A stretch of 64,000 bases of DNA from NCBI GenBank assembly GCA_963706955.1, contig CAVPOC010000008.1:320001-384000 (forward strand), in the 5' to 3' direction. Shown here piece after piece: positions 19,828 through 31,677 of this stretch (position 1 is its first letter; every line of letters starts with the position of its first letter). The stretch is from an uncultured Verrucomicrobiae bacterium (GTDB lineage: Bacteria > Verrucomicrobiota > Verrucomicrobiia > Chthoniobacterales > Terrimicrobiaceae). The position numbers were made by a program, and so were the translations under genes. The notes beneath the pieces were generated by a model that was not told where the DNA came from, made no database searches, and saw only the letters and a list, made by a program, of their open reading frames with translations.

Positions 19828-21240
19828 ATGATAGACGTGCGGGTCACAACAATCTCAGGTGCAATCGTTGATGAGACAGCTATCCAAAGCTTTAGGGCTA
19901 ATTTACGCGGGGAGCTTCTACGACCTAACGACGATAGCTACGAAGCGACCCGTAAGGTCTTTAACAGAATGATTGACAAACGGCCAACGCTCATTGCGCG
20001 TTGCGCCGGTGCCGCGGACGTTATCAAAGCAATCAACTTCGCCCGCTCAAATAACCTCTTAGTGGCGGTTCGCGGTGGCGGCCATAGTGTTGCTGGTAAG
20101 TCGGTTTGCGATGGCGGACTCTTGATTGATCTCTCCCTAATGAAGGGGTTGCGCGTTGACCCTGTGCGCCGCACTGCCCGCGCAGAGCCCGGCCTGAGAT
20201 TAGGCGAATTCGACCGTGAAACGGGGGCTTTCGATTTGGCGACCACCCTTGGGATTGTTTCCACGACTGGCATTGCGGGGCTGACGCTCGGCGGCGGACT
20301 CGGCTGGCTTAACGGTAAATACGGGCTGGCTTGCGATAACCTGCTCTCGGCTGATGTAGTAACCGCAAACGGCCAGTTCCTGACGGCGAGCGCCAGCGAG
20401 AACTCGGATCTGTTCTGGGGCCTACGAGGCGGCGGCGGGAATTTCGGCGTCGTAACCTCATTCGAGTACCGACTGCATCCAGTGGACACGGTGCTCGGCG
20501 GGATGGCCCTCTACGCATTCGATAAGGCGAAGGATGTCCTCCGCTTCTATCTCGATCTATCGGCGGGATGCCCTGATGAACTCTCAACCGCCATCGCCCT
20601 GTTGACCAGCCCGGATGGCTCACCCGTCGTTGCCTTCGTTGTTTGCTACTGCGGGCCGATGGGCGATGGTGAACAAGTGCTCCAGCCGGTTCGGTCGTTC
20701 GGTCCGCCCCTCATGGATGAAATCAAGCCCATGCTATATGCGGCGCACCAATCAATTATTGATGGTGCATTTCCTCACGGACGACAGCATTACTGGAAGT
20801 CCGGTTTCGCAAGCGGTCTTAGTGCTGAGGGCATCGAGATCATGGTTCACTTCATGGCTCGCAAGCCTTCGCCGTTGACCGTGTGCTATCTTCAGCAGTT
20901 GCACGGAGCGGCAGCCCGCGTCTCGCCCACAGAAACAGCCTTCCCTCACCGCGCTGACCAGTTTGACTTCGCTATCCAGTCGCAGTGGGAGGATTCTTCC
21001 GCGGGTGAGCAAAACGTCGCTTGGACAAAGGCATTCTTCGAGACCATGCAGCCCCACTTGGAGAAAGCGGTGTATGTCAACAATCTCGGTGAGGAGGGAG
21101 ATGAGCGTGTGAGGGCCGCTTACGGGCCGAACTACGATCGGTTGGCGGCTTTGAAGAATAAGTACGACACGACGAACTTCTTCCGCTTGAATCAAAATAT
21201 TAAGCCGGAGGGAGAACGGGACAATCATACCGCCCGATAG
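19828..21240 (+). CDS. FAD-binding oxidoreductase (berberine-bridge/6-HDNO family)
   Basis: VRGGGHS FAD motif, GIAGLTLGGG, LFWGLRGGGGNFGVVT, C-terminal BBE YVN...NYDRL...KYD.TNFF. Confidence 0.92.
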   Translation: MIDVRVTTISGAIVDETAIQSFRANLRGELLRPNDDSYEATRKVFNRMIDKRPTLIARCAGAADVIKAINFARSNNLLVAVRGGGHSVAGKSVCDGGLLIDLSLMKGLRVDPVRRTARAEPGLRLGEFDRETGAFDLATTLGIVSTTGIAGLTLGGGLGWLNGKYGLACDNLLSADVVTANGQFLTASASENSDLFWGLRGGGGNFGVVTSFEYRLHPVDTVLGGMALYAFDKAKDVLRFYLDLSAGCPDELSTAIALLTSPDGSPVVAFVVCYCGPMGDGEQVLQPVRSFGPPLMDEIKPMLYAAHQSIIDGAFPHGRQHYWKSGFASGLSAEGIEIMVHFMARKPSPLTVCYLQQLHGAAARVSPTETAFPHRADQFDFAIQSQWEDSSAGEQNVAWTKAFFETMQPHLEKAVYVNNLGEEGDERVRAAYGPNYDRLAALKNKYDTTNFFRLNQNIKPEGERDNHTAR

Positions 21241-21582
21241 CATTCCTTTCATGCTCCTTTGCTGCGATGAGATTGAATGCCTCACGCGGGCGGCGGCTCA
21301 ATTGCGACGTTCTTGGACCACGTGATTCTCCGCTTGTAGCTGGGTGGTGACGCGCCTTAATAAACTCCTCTCAACGCACTCGGTGATCGGGCTCTCTTGA
21401 AGTGCACGACGAAGCCGTGACGAACCATGATCTCAAGGGCGTGATCGCATGCCTGACCGAAAAGCTTGCGATCATTTGGCATAGGTCCCGGAGAGATCTG
21501 GGTTGGCCGGACGAAATCAAAGTGGCCTCCGAGCACTTCTTCGAAGGCTTCGACAAAGGAGAGCAGAAATTTGAATATCAGT

Positions 21583-21860
21583 TTAAGATCGGCGGCGTAA
21601 CCGCCGACATGGGCTGGCTGATGGCGTCGGCAATGTAACGAACACGTCCCCGAGCGGCCAGACGGCCCGCTTGATGGAAAGAAGCTCGCGCTTCAAGTTG
21701 TAGATGCGGCTCGTTGCCTCCTGGATGAATTTCTCACCCAATATAACATCTTCCGGCTCAACCACTTGATCTTCGAATGCTTCCAAGATCGGGAAGTACT
21801 GGTCGACCACGAAATCCATCAGGGCGTAGAGGACAAAGCCAGGACCGTTGGCGAGAAGAC
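21583..21860 (-). pseudogene. CorA Mg/Co transporter internal fragment
   Basis: GPGFVLYALMDFVVDQYFPILE...IYNLKRELLSIKRAVWPL; both termini missing. Confidence 0.75.
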
Positions 21861-23322
21861 GCTGTGCGGTGAGATTGTTTAAACACAGAAGACCAACGAC
21901 TTATGCCTTGGGCTGGCGATCCAGGCTAAAGGTTTCATAGGTGCGATTTAAAATGAAAGAGCTAAGCCTTGAACGGAGCCGAATCAGTCATCGACCCCGA
22001 AAGCGCAAAAGGGATCCGGGCAAGCGGCACGAGCGTTTTAATCTTTTCGGAAATATGGCCAAGTTTCGAGAGCAAAAGCGTCCGGCGGATTCCCTTTAGA
22101 TGCCATCCAAGCGTGCGGAATCTGTATTCCCGCACGAGACAGCGGAAATGCAGGCGAATTTGTTGCTTAGGCGAGAGGATATTTTTTCTCATGTACCTGT
22201 ACGCGCGATTTTGCTAAAATTCCTAAAGGAGATGCGCGATCCGCTAGGGCTTTTCAGCTCATCAAACAGCGGCAATGGATGTTCTCGCGCGATTTCCTTT
22301 TTAGGCGCGGCTGTGCTGACTCGATAGCACGAAGGCTGTGGTGAATGTTATGCTTAGCGGTTCCATGCGCGGTGTGCTGGTAGTCAAGCGTAAGAAGCCG
22401 TCTCGGTCGTATTTCAGCGGCTTACATAAGCTTCGCTGATGGAAAGGAGCGTGTCGATCACTGGCATCGAAGACGACTCCTGCACCACATCAGTCGAATC
22501 AGAACAGTTTTTTTGTTTTATGTCCTCTCCCGAGATGGCAATTGTTATTTTGGTTTTTTGGCGCGAAGCCTCCATCGGTATTCTCCAGCCTGACCTTTGA
22601 ATATCGTGTAAATCATAAATGAGCCTCATACGCTGCTTCGGCTGAGGCGCGCAAACATTTCACCATATGTGAGCTGGTCGCGCTACTGCTGCCAAGAGCT
22701 GGATTTTTCGCCAGAATGACCGCCGGATCAGCCAGCTTAAGCGTATCCGAACCTGCAAGCCGTGTTGACCCGCCCAATCGATTCGCAACTGATCCGCGCC
22801 ATATCAGCGAATAGCTGAGATGGCCGTCAGTTACTCGTGCTTGGATTCACGGGTACCTCGAATTGGGCAAAGACCCGTTACTGCCGAGTCTGAGGATCGC
22901 ACTCGCTTTTTGAAAAACGAACGACAGTCGCTTTCCACTGCCCTTAAAAAAGAAAGAGCAAAGTCGGCTCTCACTGTTTTTACTCTCTTTTCAGAAAGCA
23001 ATTTCGTTTATTTAACGAGACCAGCGGAGTTAACCTTGCCTACATTTAGAATGCCATAGTTCTCTCAAAACGCAAGTGATTACTCGGCCGGTTTGTTGAG
23101 GCCGCTGGCCAGCATGATCATCGGCGGGTCGAGGCCGGTCTATGCATCATTGCTAGGCACGCTGTCCCTGGGGAGCCCTCAAGAAACGTTTCAGCTTGCG
23201 AATGAGTATCTGCACGTAGGTTCCTGTCCCGCCATATTTCTTTATCATTTCGAAATCGATCGGAAGCGGGTCGATTTCTTGCCCCTCGCCTTGCCTCTTA
23301 TGCCGATCAAAAAGATGCAGAT

Positions 23323-23670
23323 GTGATTGTTCTGGGACTTGCTCGGGGCGGAGTGCCGATCGGAAATGCAATAGCGCGGGCTTTGAACGTGTCGCTGGAC
23401 GTTCTCGTCGTGCGCAAGCTAGGAATGCCTGGACACGAGGAACGGGCCATGGGAGCCATTGCTTCCGGTATGGTGCGCGTGTTGAACCGGGATGTCCGGT
23501 TACGGCCCGCGAAGACCGGGGAAATGGGGCGACGCGAGCGACAATATCGAGACAGCCGTATCCTCCAGGATTTGGAGCAAAAAACCGTCATTCTAACGGA
23601 CGATGGCCCAGCCACGGGCGCGACCATGCATGCAGCCGTAATGTCGCTAAGACAGCGCAAAATTGCCCGA
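23323..23670 (+). pseudogene. Phosphoribosyltransferase fragment
   Basis: VLGLARGGVP...LDVLVVRKLGMPGHEE..MGAIA...VILTDDGPATGATMHAA; internally deleted. Confidence 0.75.
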
Positions 23671-23835
23671 TGCTCGCGCCCTACCTGTGCCGATCGCATT
23701 TCGGGGACCGTCCAGACCCACTTCGCGCGCCTCAATCAGCAGGGTGGCACCCAGCCGCTAAAATATTTGAAGAATTTGCGCCTATTGCACGGGAATCCTA
23801 GCCCGTCGATGCAAGAGAGCCGCAGGACGACCTGA

Positions 23836-24633
23836 TCATGGCGCTGCTGAGCTCGGCGAGGTGGGCGACGGTTTGATAAATGGGGCAAACAAGTCCATCG
23901 GGATCGGCAAGAACGTCGTCGTATTATGCTCACCGGAGATCTCCTTCATTGTCTGTAGGTAGCGCAATTGCAGCGCGATCGGCTGCCCAGATATCATTGC
24001 AGCCGCCTGCACCAGCTTTTCCGCGGCTTGAAACTCGCCCTCCGCGTTGATGATCTTCGCGCGGCGTTCGCGCTCAGTCTCAGCTTGGTTAGCCATGGCA
24101 CGCTTCATTGTATCAGGCAGCATCACATCCTTGACTTCAACGGCCGTGACTTTTATTCCCCAAGGTTCGGTTTGACGGTCGATAATCTCCTGGAGGCGCT
24201 GATTGATTTTTTCGCGCTGTGAAAGCAACTCGTCCAATTCGGCCTGCCCAATAACACTGCGCAAGGTGGTTTGAGCGATCAGCGAAGTCGCTTTCAGGAA
24301 GTTCTCCACTTTGATGATGGCGGCCTCCGGGTCCAGCACACGAAAATAGACCACAGCGTCCACGGTGACGGGCACATTGTCACGAGTCATCATTTCCTGT
24401 TGGGGGACATTGATCGTGACTACGCGCAAGTCCACTTTCACAATGCGATCCACGATGGGGATGAGAAGGATTAATCCGGGTCCCTTGGCCTGTAGCAATT
24501 TACCCAGCCGGAAAATCACGCCTCGCTCGTATTCGCGAAGAATGCGAATCATTTGCGAAAGTATGATTGCTCCAAGGACGATGAGCGGGAGCGCCCACAT
24601 GATCAGTCCTGCGAATGTTTCTAATGATTGCAT
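23836..24633 (-). CDS. SPFH/slipin (stomatin-like) membrane protein
   Basis: [47 protein letters not shown]. Confidence 0.93.
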   Translation of the reverse strand: MQSLETFAGLIMWALPLIVLGAIILSQMIRILREYERGVIFRLGKLLQAKGPGLILLIPIVDRIVKVDLRVVTINVPQQEMMTRDNVPVTVDAVVYFRVLDPEAAIIKVENFLKATSLIAQTTLRSVIGQAELDELLSQREKINQRLQEIIDRQTEPWGIKVTAVEVKDVMLPDTMKRAMANQAETERERRAKIINAEGEFQAAEKLVQAAAMISGQPIALQLRYLQTMKEISGEHNTTTFLPIPMDLFAPFIKPSPTSPSSAAP

Positions 24634-24646
24634 GTGTTAGTTCTCC

Positions 24647-25933
24647 TTATGTCTTTGGCCTTACTTTCAGCGTCAATCCTAACACGGCGGAAACCTCCAC
24701 AGGCTTCCCCTGCTCGACCGGCGTGTCGCTCACCGCGTTCCAGTATTCACCTTCAACGAAAACTTTTCCGCCGGCCGCGTCGATCGGCGTGAACGCCGCT
24801 ACTGTCTTGCCGACCATCGTCTCCTTACCGGCCTTTATCGGCAAGAACTGCGCTCGTAATCCCTTGCCCATAATGAATGCGAAGAACAGCGCGGTGATGA
24901 TCGTTGCCGGAATAATGTAAGCAAGCGACAGGCGAAACAGAGGATCGTCTCGGTTAAACAACATCAGCGAACCGATCAAAAACGCTACTATCCCACCCAC
25001 CGTCAAGACGCCGTGCGTCGGCGCGAACACGTCGAAGACGAACAGCGCAAACGCGAGCCCGATCAAGAGCAAGCCCGTCACATTGATCGGCAGAATTGCT
25101 GCCATGTAGAGGACAAGCACCAGCGCAATCGCGCCGACCACGCCAGGCAGGATTGCGCCGGGGGTGCTGATTTCGCCGATGATTCCGTAGATCGCCACGA
25201 GCATCAGGACGAACATCACCTCGGGCCGCCACAGTAATTGAAAGATCTTCTCACTCGCGGATGTCGCGATCTCCATGACCTGGGCACCAGCGGTCTTGAG
25301 TTCCTTGCCCTCGACCACGCGTCCATTCAACTGCTGTTGCAAATCCGATAAATCCTTCGCGATAATCTCGATCACTTTCAATTCAAGCGCCTTGTCCACC
25401 GGGATCGACGCGCTCTCGCGCACGGCTGACCGCGCCCATTCGACGTTGCGATTGCGTTTGGCCGCAATCGCTTCGATGTAGCTGACGGCAAAATTTTCCA
25501 GCTTTTGTTTCATGGTGTCATCTGGTTTCTGCCCATTTCCGCTCGGGATGCCCCCGCCGATCGTCACCGGATGCGCCGCACCAATTGTGGTCGCCGGCGC
25601 CATCGCGGCGACGCTCGCCGCGAGCGTGATGAAGCAGCCGGCACTCGTCGCAGTCGCACCTATCGGGGCGACATAGACGACGACCGGAACCGGCGACGCC
25701 AATAATTGCTGGACGATCACTTGCGTTGAATCAAGCAGTCCGCCGGGCGTGTTGAGTTGAATGATCAGGCATTGGGCGTTCTGCGACTGCGCTTCGCCAA
25801 TACTACGCGAAATGTAACTCGCCGTGGCGGGACCGATCGCGCCGTTGATTTTGATGAGGCAAACTTTTTCCCCAGAAGCGCACGCCAGAAAAATTGTGAA
25901 CCACAAAGCTAAGCATGTAACCGTAGCTTTCAT
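24647..25933 (-). CDS. NfeD family membrane-bound serine protease
   Basis: LNTPGGL, ATSAG, IGAAHPV, TM block, GKVFVEGEYWNA OB domain; canonical partner of the downstream slipin. Confidence 0.92.
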   Translation of the reverse strand: MKATVTCLALWFTIFLACASGEKVCLIKINGAIGPATASYISRSIGEAQSQNAQCLIIQLNTPGGLLDSTQVIVQQLLASPVPVVVYVAPIGATATSAGCFITLAASVAAMAPATTIGAAHPVTIGGGIPSGNGQKPDDTMKQKLENFAVSYIEAIAAKRNRNVEWARSAVRESASIPVDKALELKVIEIIAKDLSDLQQQLNGRVVEGKELKTAGAQVMEIATSASEKIFQLLWRPEVMFVLMLVAIYGIIGEISTPGAILPGVVGAIALVLVLYMAAILPINVTGLLLIGLAFALFVFDVFAPTHGVLTVGGIVAFLIGSLMLFNRDDPLFRLSLAYIIPATIITALFFAFIMGKGLRAQFLPIKAGKETMVGKTVAAFTPIDAAGGKVFVEGEYWNAVSDTPVEQGKPVEVSAVLGLTLKVRPKT

Positions 25934-26141
25934 ACCACCTCAGACTACTTAAGATTATCACGCTCTCGTCGACCCAGCAAATTTCCGCCCAGCATAGAGG
26001 AAGCGGAAGGAAGCAACGCCGCTGGAGCCGCCAGGGCGTTCGACTGGCGAAGCTACGCGCTGACAATAACGATCCCGTCCGTGACCGGCTCTTCTATTTA
26101 GCTGTCTTGCAAGATTTGACACAAGATTCTAAATTATTTAG

Positions 26142-26564
26142 GTGAGAAAAATGATTCGCGATCATCTTGTGCCGGCTGTTAAAGAGGTATTCTCGAATCT
26201 TGCGTTTAAGATTTCACCTACTTCAAATCCTATTATTTCGCTTTCTTCCAGTTTGGCGGAAATCGGCGATCTGCACATATATGATGATGGCGACCAGGCG
26301 ACGGTTATCATTACTGGGATTACGCACGGAGATTTTGGTGTCTATGACGAAAATCTCAACACAGAAGAGAAGGAACAAATTATTACAGAAGACGTGATCA
26401 GTTTTCTCGTGACCCTATTTTCCGATCGCGTTGTTCTCTACCGAACTTCCTCAAAAGGCATCGGCGGCTGGACCGTTATTGAACAGGGCGTCAAGGACAT
26501 TGAGTTCGTAGCTGGGCGCGAGTATTTTGTCTGGTCTGGCCCCATAACACCGCCTAAAGCGTAA
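26142..26564 (+). CDS. Hypothetical protein (AT-richer)
   Basis: 140-aa ORF with natural composition; no recognised motif. Confidence 0.55.
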   Translation: MRKMIRDHLVPAVKEVFSNLAFKISPTSNPIISLSSSLAEIGDLHIYDDGDQATVIITGITHGDFGVYDENLNTEEKEQIITEDVISFLVTLFSDRVVLYRTSSKGIGGWTVIEQGVKDIEFVAGREYFVWSGPITPPKA

Positions 26565-27197
26565 AGGACTCTCAACTATCGGATGTGACGTTTTAATGTC
26601 GCGGACTTCAATCCATTGCATTCTACGACGTATGTTCCCTTGGCTTGGTATCCATTTGTTGGAATTCGACGGCGACTAGCCCGCAGAGATGCTTAAACAG
26701 CAAATCACACGAACCGACCGCTGTCCCCGGGCACCGATTATTCTGTAATGCTGTCGAGCGTTGCCATCGCACGCTCGCCGTCTTCTTCATACTCATTTTC
26801 TTTGGGCACCAGCTCGTGTTGTCGAACTCATGAGGTCCGTTGGAGGCAGTTCAACCAATTGGCGCAGGTTTTCTACGTCGCCCATGCGTGCGACAGGCAA
26901 GGCCGGAAATCTGACGACGAATGCGCAAGCCTTGCGACTGCACGGACAAAGGCTTAGCCGCAAAGATGCAAGGAGCGAGTTTAAGCTACTCGGAATTTAT
27001 TTGATGTTCGACCTCTCTTTGCCAGGTGGTTACGCACTACAACTTTTGCCGGATTCACCAAAGCTTACCCGTCACGCACGCTATAGAATTCGCGGTTTAC
27101 GGATCATGTGTTGAGCCCGAAGAAGTGGTTGCGCTTCTACTAGATACGTCATGACTTTTTGACTCGTCGTTAAAAAGCCATCATCTTTACGGCAAGC

Positions 27198-27728
27198 ATG
27201 GCAATGGTCGTCAAACGTCCAAAATTGAGTCTCGCCGAACAGTTCTACCTGCCCGCGATTGCCGCTGGCCTGGCGATCACTTTGAAGCATCTCAGAAAGC
27301 TCGTCTCGGGCAAGACCAAGGTGACAATGCAGTATCCCGAAGAGCGCTGGGACTCCCAACTTCCCCCATGGTTTCGCGGCGCTCCGACATTGGTTAAGGA
27401 TGAACAGGGGAAGGAACGTTGCGTAGCCTGTCAGCTGTGTGAATTCATCTGTCCACCACGCGCAATCACAATCGTGCCCGAAGAAATCCCCTCGTCGGAT
27501 CCCTGGGCAAAGGTCGAGAAGCGCCCCAAAGAGTTCGAGATCGACATGATCCGCTGCATCTACTGCGGCTTGTGCGAAGAGGTGTGTCCGGAGCAGGCCA
27601 TCTTCCTCAAGAAGGAATACTCGATTACGGGTTACACCCGCAAAGAGATGGTAAATAACAAGGAAAAACTTCTTGAGATGGGCGGGGTGATGGAGGGGCT
27701 GGTTTATAAGTGGAACCAAAAAAAATAG
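27198..27728 (+). CDS. nuoI: NADH-quinone oxidoreductase subunit I (orphan copy)
   Basis: TMQYPEE, FRGAP, CVACQLCEFICP and CIYCGLCEEVCP 2x[4Fe-4S] motifs. Confidence 0.92.
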   Translation: MAMVVKRPKLSLAEQFYLPAIAAGLAITLKHLRKLVSGKTKVTMQYPEERWDSQLPPWFRGAPTLVKDEQGKERCVACQLCEFICPPRAITIVPEEIPSSDPWAKVEKRPKEFEIDMIRCIYCGLCEEVCPEQAIFLKKEYSITGYTRKEMVNNKEKLLEMGGVMEGLVYKWNQKK

Positions 27729-28519
27729 CCCTCTCTGGCGGGCACTGCTAAAACCCATCCGCTTCCCGCTTACCTGATGCAGCTTATTCTCTTCTGGGTT
27801 TTCGCCGTTTTGGGCGGCGGTAAGGATTGAGTCAAAAACATCGTTCGCGCAGCAGCTCCAGGAATTCCCTTTTCTATCGCCTCAATTCTGAACTCGTCTC
27901 CTACAAGCGTTCCAGGTACGATCCTGGGCACAATATGGGATTAGGAAGCAAGAGTCGGCAGTAGCAAACGGCGGACATTTGCAGACAGGGTAAAATCAAC
28001 ACTCATGTCACCAGCCGCAAAGTAGAATCCAGCGGCCGTATACCGACTGCACTTTTGCCTCCAGAATTTAACGCCGTCCTTGGATGAGCTCCAGAATGGC
28101 ATTTGCAGCTTCTTCAGGAGCGACGGCGTGCATGCAGTGAAAATCCAGGGGCATTTGCTCAGAAAGCAGGGCTGCATTCGCCCTGATGAAGGAGCACGGT
28201 GCTCCTCGGAGAGTGGGGACGGGTCAGACGCGGTTCTTTTGAGCCAAAAACCACCATAAGTGGAACCCAAGACAGTCTGCGAGGTGCATGGTTCATCACA
28301 AGTCTCCTTTTTGCCTTCTCATAGCGGCATATTGCACTCGAACTAGGTTGATATTATTACGTTTTGGGGTACAAGCAGGTACGCGTGCAGAATTTACTCT
28401 AAGCCGCCTCCTAAACGGCTTCTGGAGTAATTTTTCACCCGAAAACTGCCAAAAATGGGCATTTGGACCCGTTTATTATAGTGCACGGAACGCTTAGCCT
28501 TCGCACGCGCCTTTGGGGA

Positions 28520-29061
28520 GGGATGCATGCAACACAAGAAAGAGGATCAGCGGAGCGATGAGAAACAGGATCAGGGGTTGCAATTCAGCCTAGAGCGAAG
28601 CTTGGTAAAACGAGAGGCTTTGAGATATTCGTCCAAGGTAAGCGTCCAGACATCACCCAAACCTCGACTGTCAAGGTCGCCCGCATGGGCATGGGAGATG
28701 GTGTCCTCCCACTTCCAATGGTGGTAGGGCGTGAAGCAAAGCACTCAGTGATGAAACCCCAAACCCATTGCTTTGCGCGATCGAAAGAAGGAATTCTGGG
28801 TGCAGTCGTGAAAAATAATGAAGATGCGAACCAGCAACCCGCCCGCCAAGATGGCCAAAGGAACTCTCAGCCAATAGAAAATTGCCGAAGTCAGATACAT
28901 CATGCCCCACAGAAGGAGGTAACCGCCTACTGAATTTGCAAGCTGCCAGGCACTTCGTCCTGCGGAGGGCTGCTGAAATGCATGCACGATTGTCTTCCGG
29001 GCTGCTTGTTTCGCGGGTGAACTGCCCGTAGGACGATCGATAAGGAATTTTGTTGGTTCAT
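28520..29061 (-). pseudogene. Fatty acid desaturase, frameshifted and truncated
   Basis: SAWQLANS...LLVRIFIIFHDC..NSFFRSR His box; downstream frame HAGDLDSRGLGDVWTLTLDEY. Confidence 0.75.
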
Positions 29062-29322
29062 TGGAAATCAGGGCTCATTTTGTAGCTAGTCCACAGCGAA
29101 CGCCAGGGCACAAACTTCCGCATCGATTACCGCATCGACCGACGAGAACGATTCGGACGGAATCCTCACACAAGGTGGTTTATAAGTTAAGGTGATCGAA
29201 AAAGGACTGCCTTTCGCTCTCAGTGCCTGCGGATTACGCAGATTGGAAGGCAGCGGCTCGGGGGAAGAAATCCGTGTATTTTCCGAATCGGTCTCGCTGG
29301 TCGGTACGCGGCTCCGCGCCCT

Positions 29323-30093
29323 TCAGCCTCCGCGCACCAGGAGCAGCCGCGTTGGAATCACCTGATACAACCAATCCATATGTTTTGGGAGCGAGCCATT
29401 TGGCTCAGCCTTGACGACCAACAAATCGGCCCCCAGTCCCTCCATCGTGTCGTACAAGGTGTAGCCAGTGATGGAAGTCACGACACGCCCTTCAACTTCG
29501 ACATCGTGCCCGGCAAGGGAGCCGGCCAAGTCTTCCAGCCACGCTTCGACGTCTCCCGGTTCTTCCCCGCGCGACGCGGCGATGGCCGTGGCGAAAGGCC
29601 TCTCAGTGACGGCGATGGTAACGCGCTGAGGACGCAAGACTTCGACAACGCGGCGCAGCAACTCGCGGTCTTCCTCATGCTCCGGCTCAAAGGCAAATAC
29701 GATATGTTGCGGCGGCGGCGGGTCCTCCAAAGGCCGCGGCACTAGCAGGAGATCGCACGGTGCATTGCGCAGTAGCTCCTTCGCAACGTCGCCGGCGAAG
29801 GGTTTGTCGTCCATTTCACGGTGAGGCGTTCCTGCGATGAGGAGATCATATGCGAAATTCTCCCCCGCCGCGATGATGGCGCTGGCAGCCGTCTCCCCTT
29901 CGACCCAGCGAATTTCAGCCCGCTGGCTAAGCGCTCCGAGAAACCGCTTTTCCTTTTCGATGTCGAAGGCCCCCGCGTGCAGGATCTCCAAATCGGCGCC
30001 GCAATGGCTGGCAAAGCGCTTAGCCTCGGCAAGCACACCGGTAAATGTCGGCGAAAATGTCGAAGCGACCCCCACGTGCTGGTAATCCATCAT
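29323..30093 (-). CDS. Universal stress protein (tandem USP domains)
   Basis: DLLIAG...[19 protein letters not shown] and ADLLVV motifs. Confidence 0.75.
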   Translation of the reverse strand: MMDYQHVGVASTFSPTFTGVLAEAKRFASHCGADLEILHAGAFDIEKEKRFLGALSQRAEIRWVEGETAASAIIAAGENFAYDLLIAGTPHREMDDKPFAGDVAKELLRNAPCDLLLVPRPLEDPPPPQHIVFAFEPEHEEDRELLRRVVEVLRPQRVTIAVTERPFATAIAASRGEEPGDVEAWLEDLAGSLAGHDVEVEGRVVTSITGYTLYDTMEGLGADLLVVKAEPNGSLPKHMDWLYQVIPTRLLLVRGG

Positions 30094-30177
30094 TCCCAAA
30101 TGTCGGTCGCTTTTTCCCCGCGCGCCACTTCGCTCGGCGAAGGCTTTTAATCCGGAAAGCGACGATCTCCCTCCCAT

Positions 30178-30720
30178 AAATCGGACTCGTGGTCGGCAGC
30201 CGGTCGAGCACGTAAATCGCGTCGCGAACTGTGGCGTTAATCACCTGAGTGTGAAACAGCGCGTACTGGTCGGAAACATGCGTATAAAAAAGCACTCCAG
30301 GATCACCGCCGTAGTGGAGTTGGTCTGACCTGCGGCTTCACCGCGATCACCTGCACGGAAGTAATGACCGTCCGAGGAAGACGTGGTGCCATCGCCCCAG
30401 AAGGTCGCGAAAGGGTGCCGAAATTGAGCATTGACCACTTGTGCAAACGCAGCTGAGTAGGTCTCGTCGCGGATTTGCCATGCTTGCAGCCAAGTCAGTC
30501 GCGCGTAAGTCGCCCCAAGCATGCTTCTGCCATTTTGGTTAACCCGAGGTTGATTGCCCGGCCAATATCGCGGTTAGCAGAAGAAAGCGATCTTTTGAAA
30601 CTTCTTGACTTTTGAGACGCGTAAAGTGCCGCGTAAAACCGGTCAAATCGTCCACCTCGAGCAACAGCTCGGTGATTTTAACCCGCGGCAGAAGGGCGTA
30701 AGCCTGCCGTATCAATTGAC
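30178..30720 (-). pseudogene. Tn3-family transposase internal fragment (frameshifted)
   Basis: [57 protein letters not shown]...VRDAIYVLD. Confidence 0.88.
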
Positions 30721-30729
30721 GGGATTCTT

Positions 30730-31365
30730 ATGACGAGCTCCAAATCCCATGTGACCCAGCACACCTTCTATAGCCTCATGTTGTCGAACGGGGCTGACAT
30801 CGTTGATCGCGAGACCGGAGAGAAGGTGATTTTTGATAGTCCGGAAACGGCGGAAACACTAAAATTCTACAAGGAACTCGCTCAGTACTCGCCTCCGGGC
30901 GCCAGCGGTTATGATCGCCCGGAAGCGCAAGCGGCAATGACTACAGGGAAAACCGCGATGTTTATTTACGGGAGTTGGCTCGGCTGACCGCTAAATGAAA
31001 CTGGAGTGCTTGGGGATTTCGGCACGGCACCTGTCCCTCATAACAAAGGTAAAGGGGCTTTTATGGGCAATACGAACCTGATCGTGTTCAAGGGCGCAAA
31101 GCACAAGGCGGAAGCCAAGGCGTTCGTTAGTTACCTAATGAAGGATGAAAACTATCTTCGCTATGTTCTGACCGATCCTTCGGCCTTCGGCCCGGTGACC
31201 AAAAGCGCGCAGGAGAGTGCCGCCTATAAAGACAGCCCCCAACTCAAGGCCGTTCGGGAGGTCGTTGACGCTGTCTTTGCGGAATTGCCTAACGCATGGG
31301 TCTACGGCATGCCTAACCCTCATGCCGGAGAAATTGAAGGTCTAACGTTCTGTCTGACACCGTAG
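30730..31365 (+). pseudogene. Sugar ABC transporter substrate-binding protein fragment
   Basis: FDSPETAETLKFYKEL...TGKTAMFIYGSW, then stop, then AKAFVSYLM; no N-terminus. Confidence 0.7.
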
Positions 31366-31677
31366 CACGAGTGGTACTCGAAAACATCTCTCCGGAGGCA
31401 GCGGCCAAAGATGGAGCTGCGAGGATCAGCAGATCGTCGGGAAGCAGTAATCAAACGGATTGATCTGATTGGACGGAACGGTTCCAAGATCCGGAGCGGG
31501 CCAGCCGCTCGTCGGCAGAATTCCCCACAATCCCTTACGAGTCGGGTCAGCTACGCGCGCGCTGAGTTCCGTCTGCACGGGTCGATCATCGGAAAACGCG
31601 CTGAGGAAGGCCGCGGCAATCGCGCGGCACCGGAGACGGAATCCGCAGGCGACACACAGCACCAAGGACTGCCTGCC

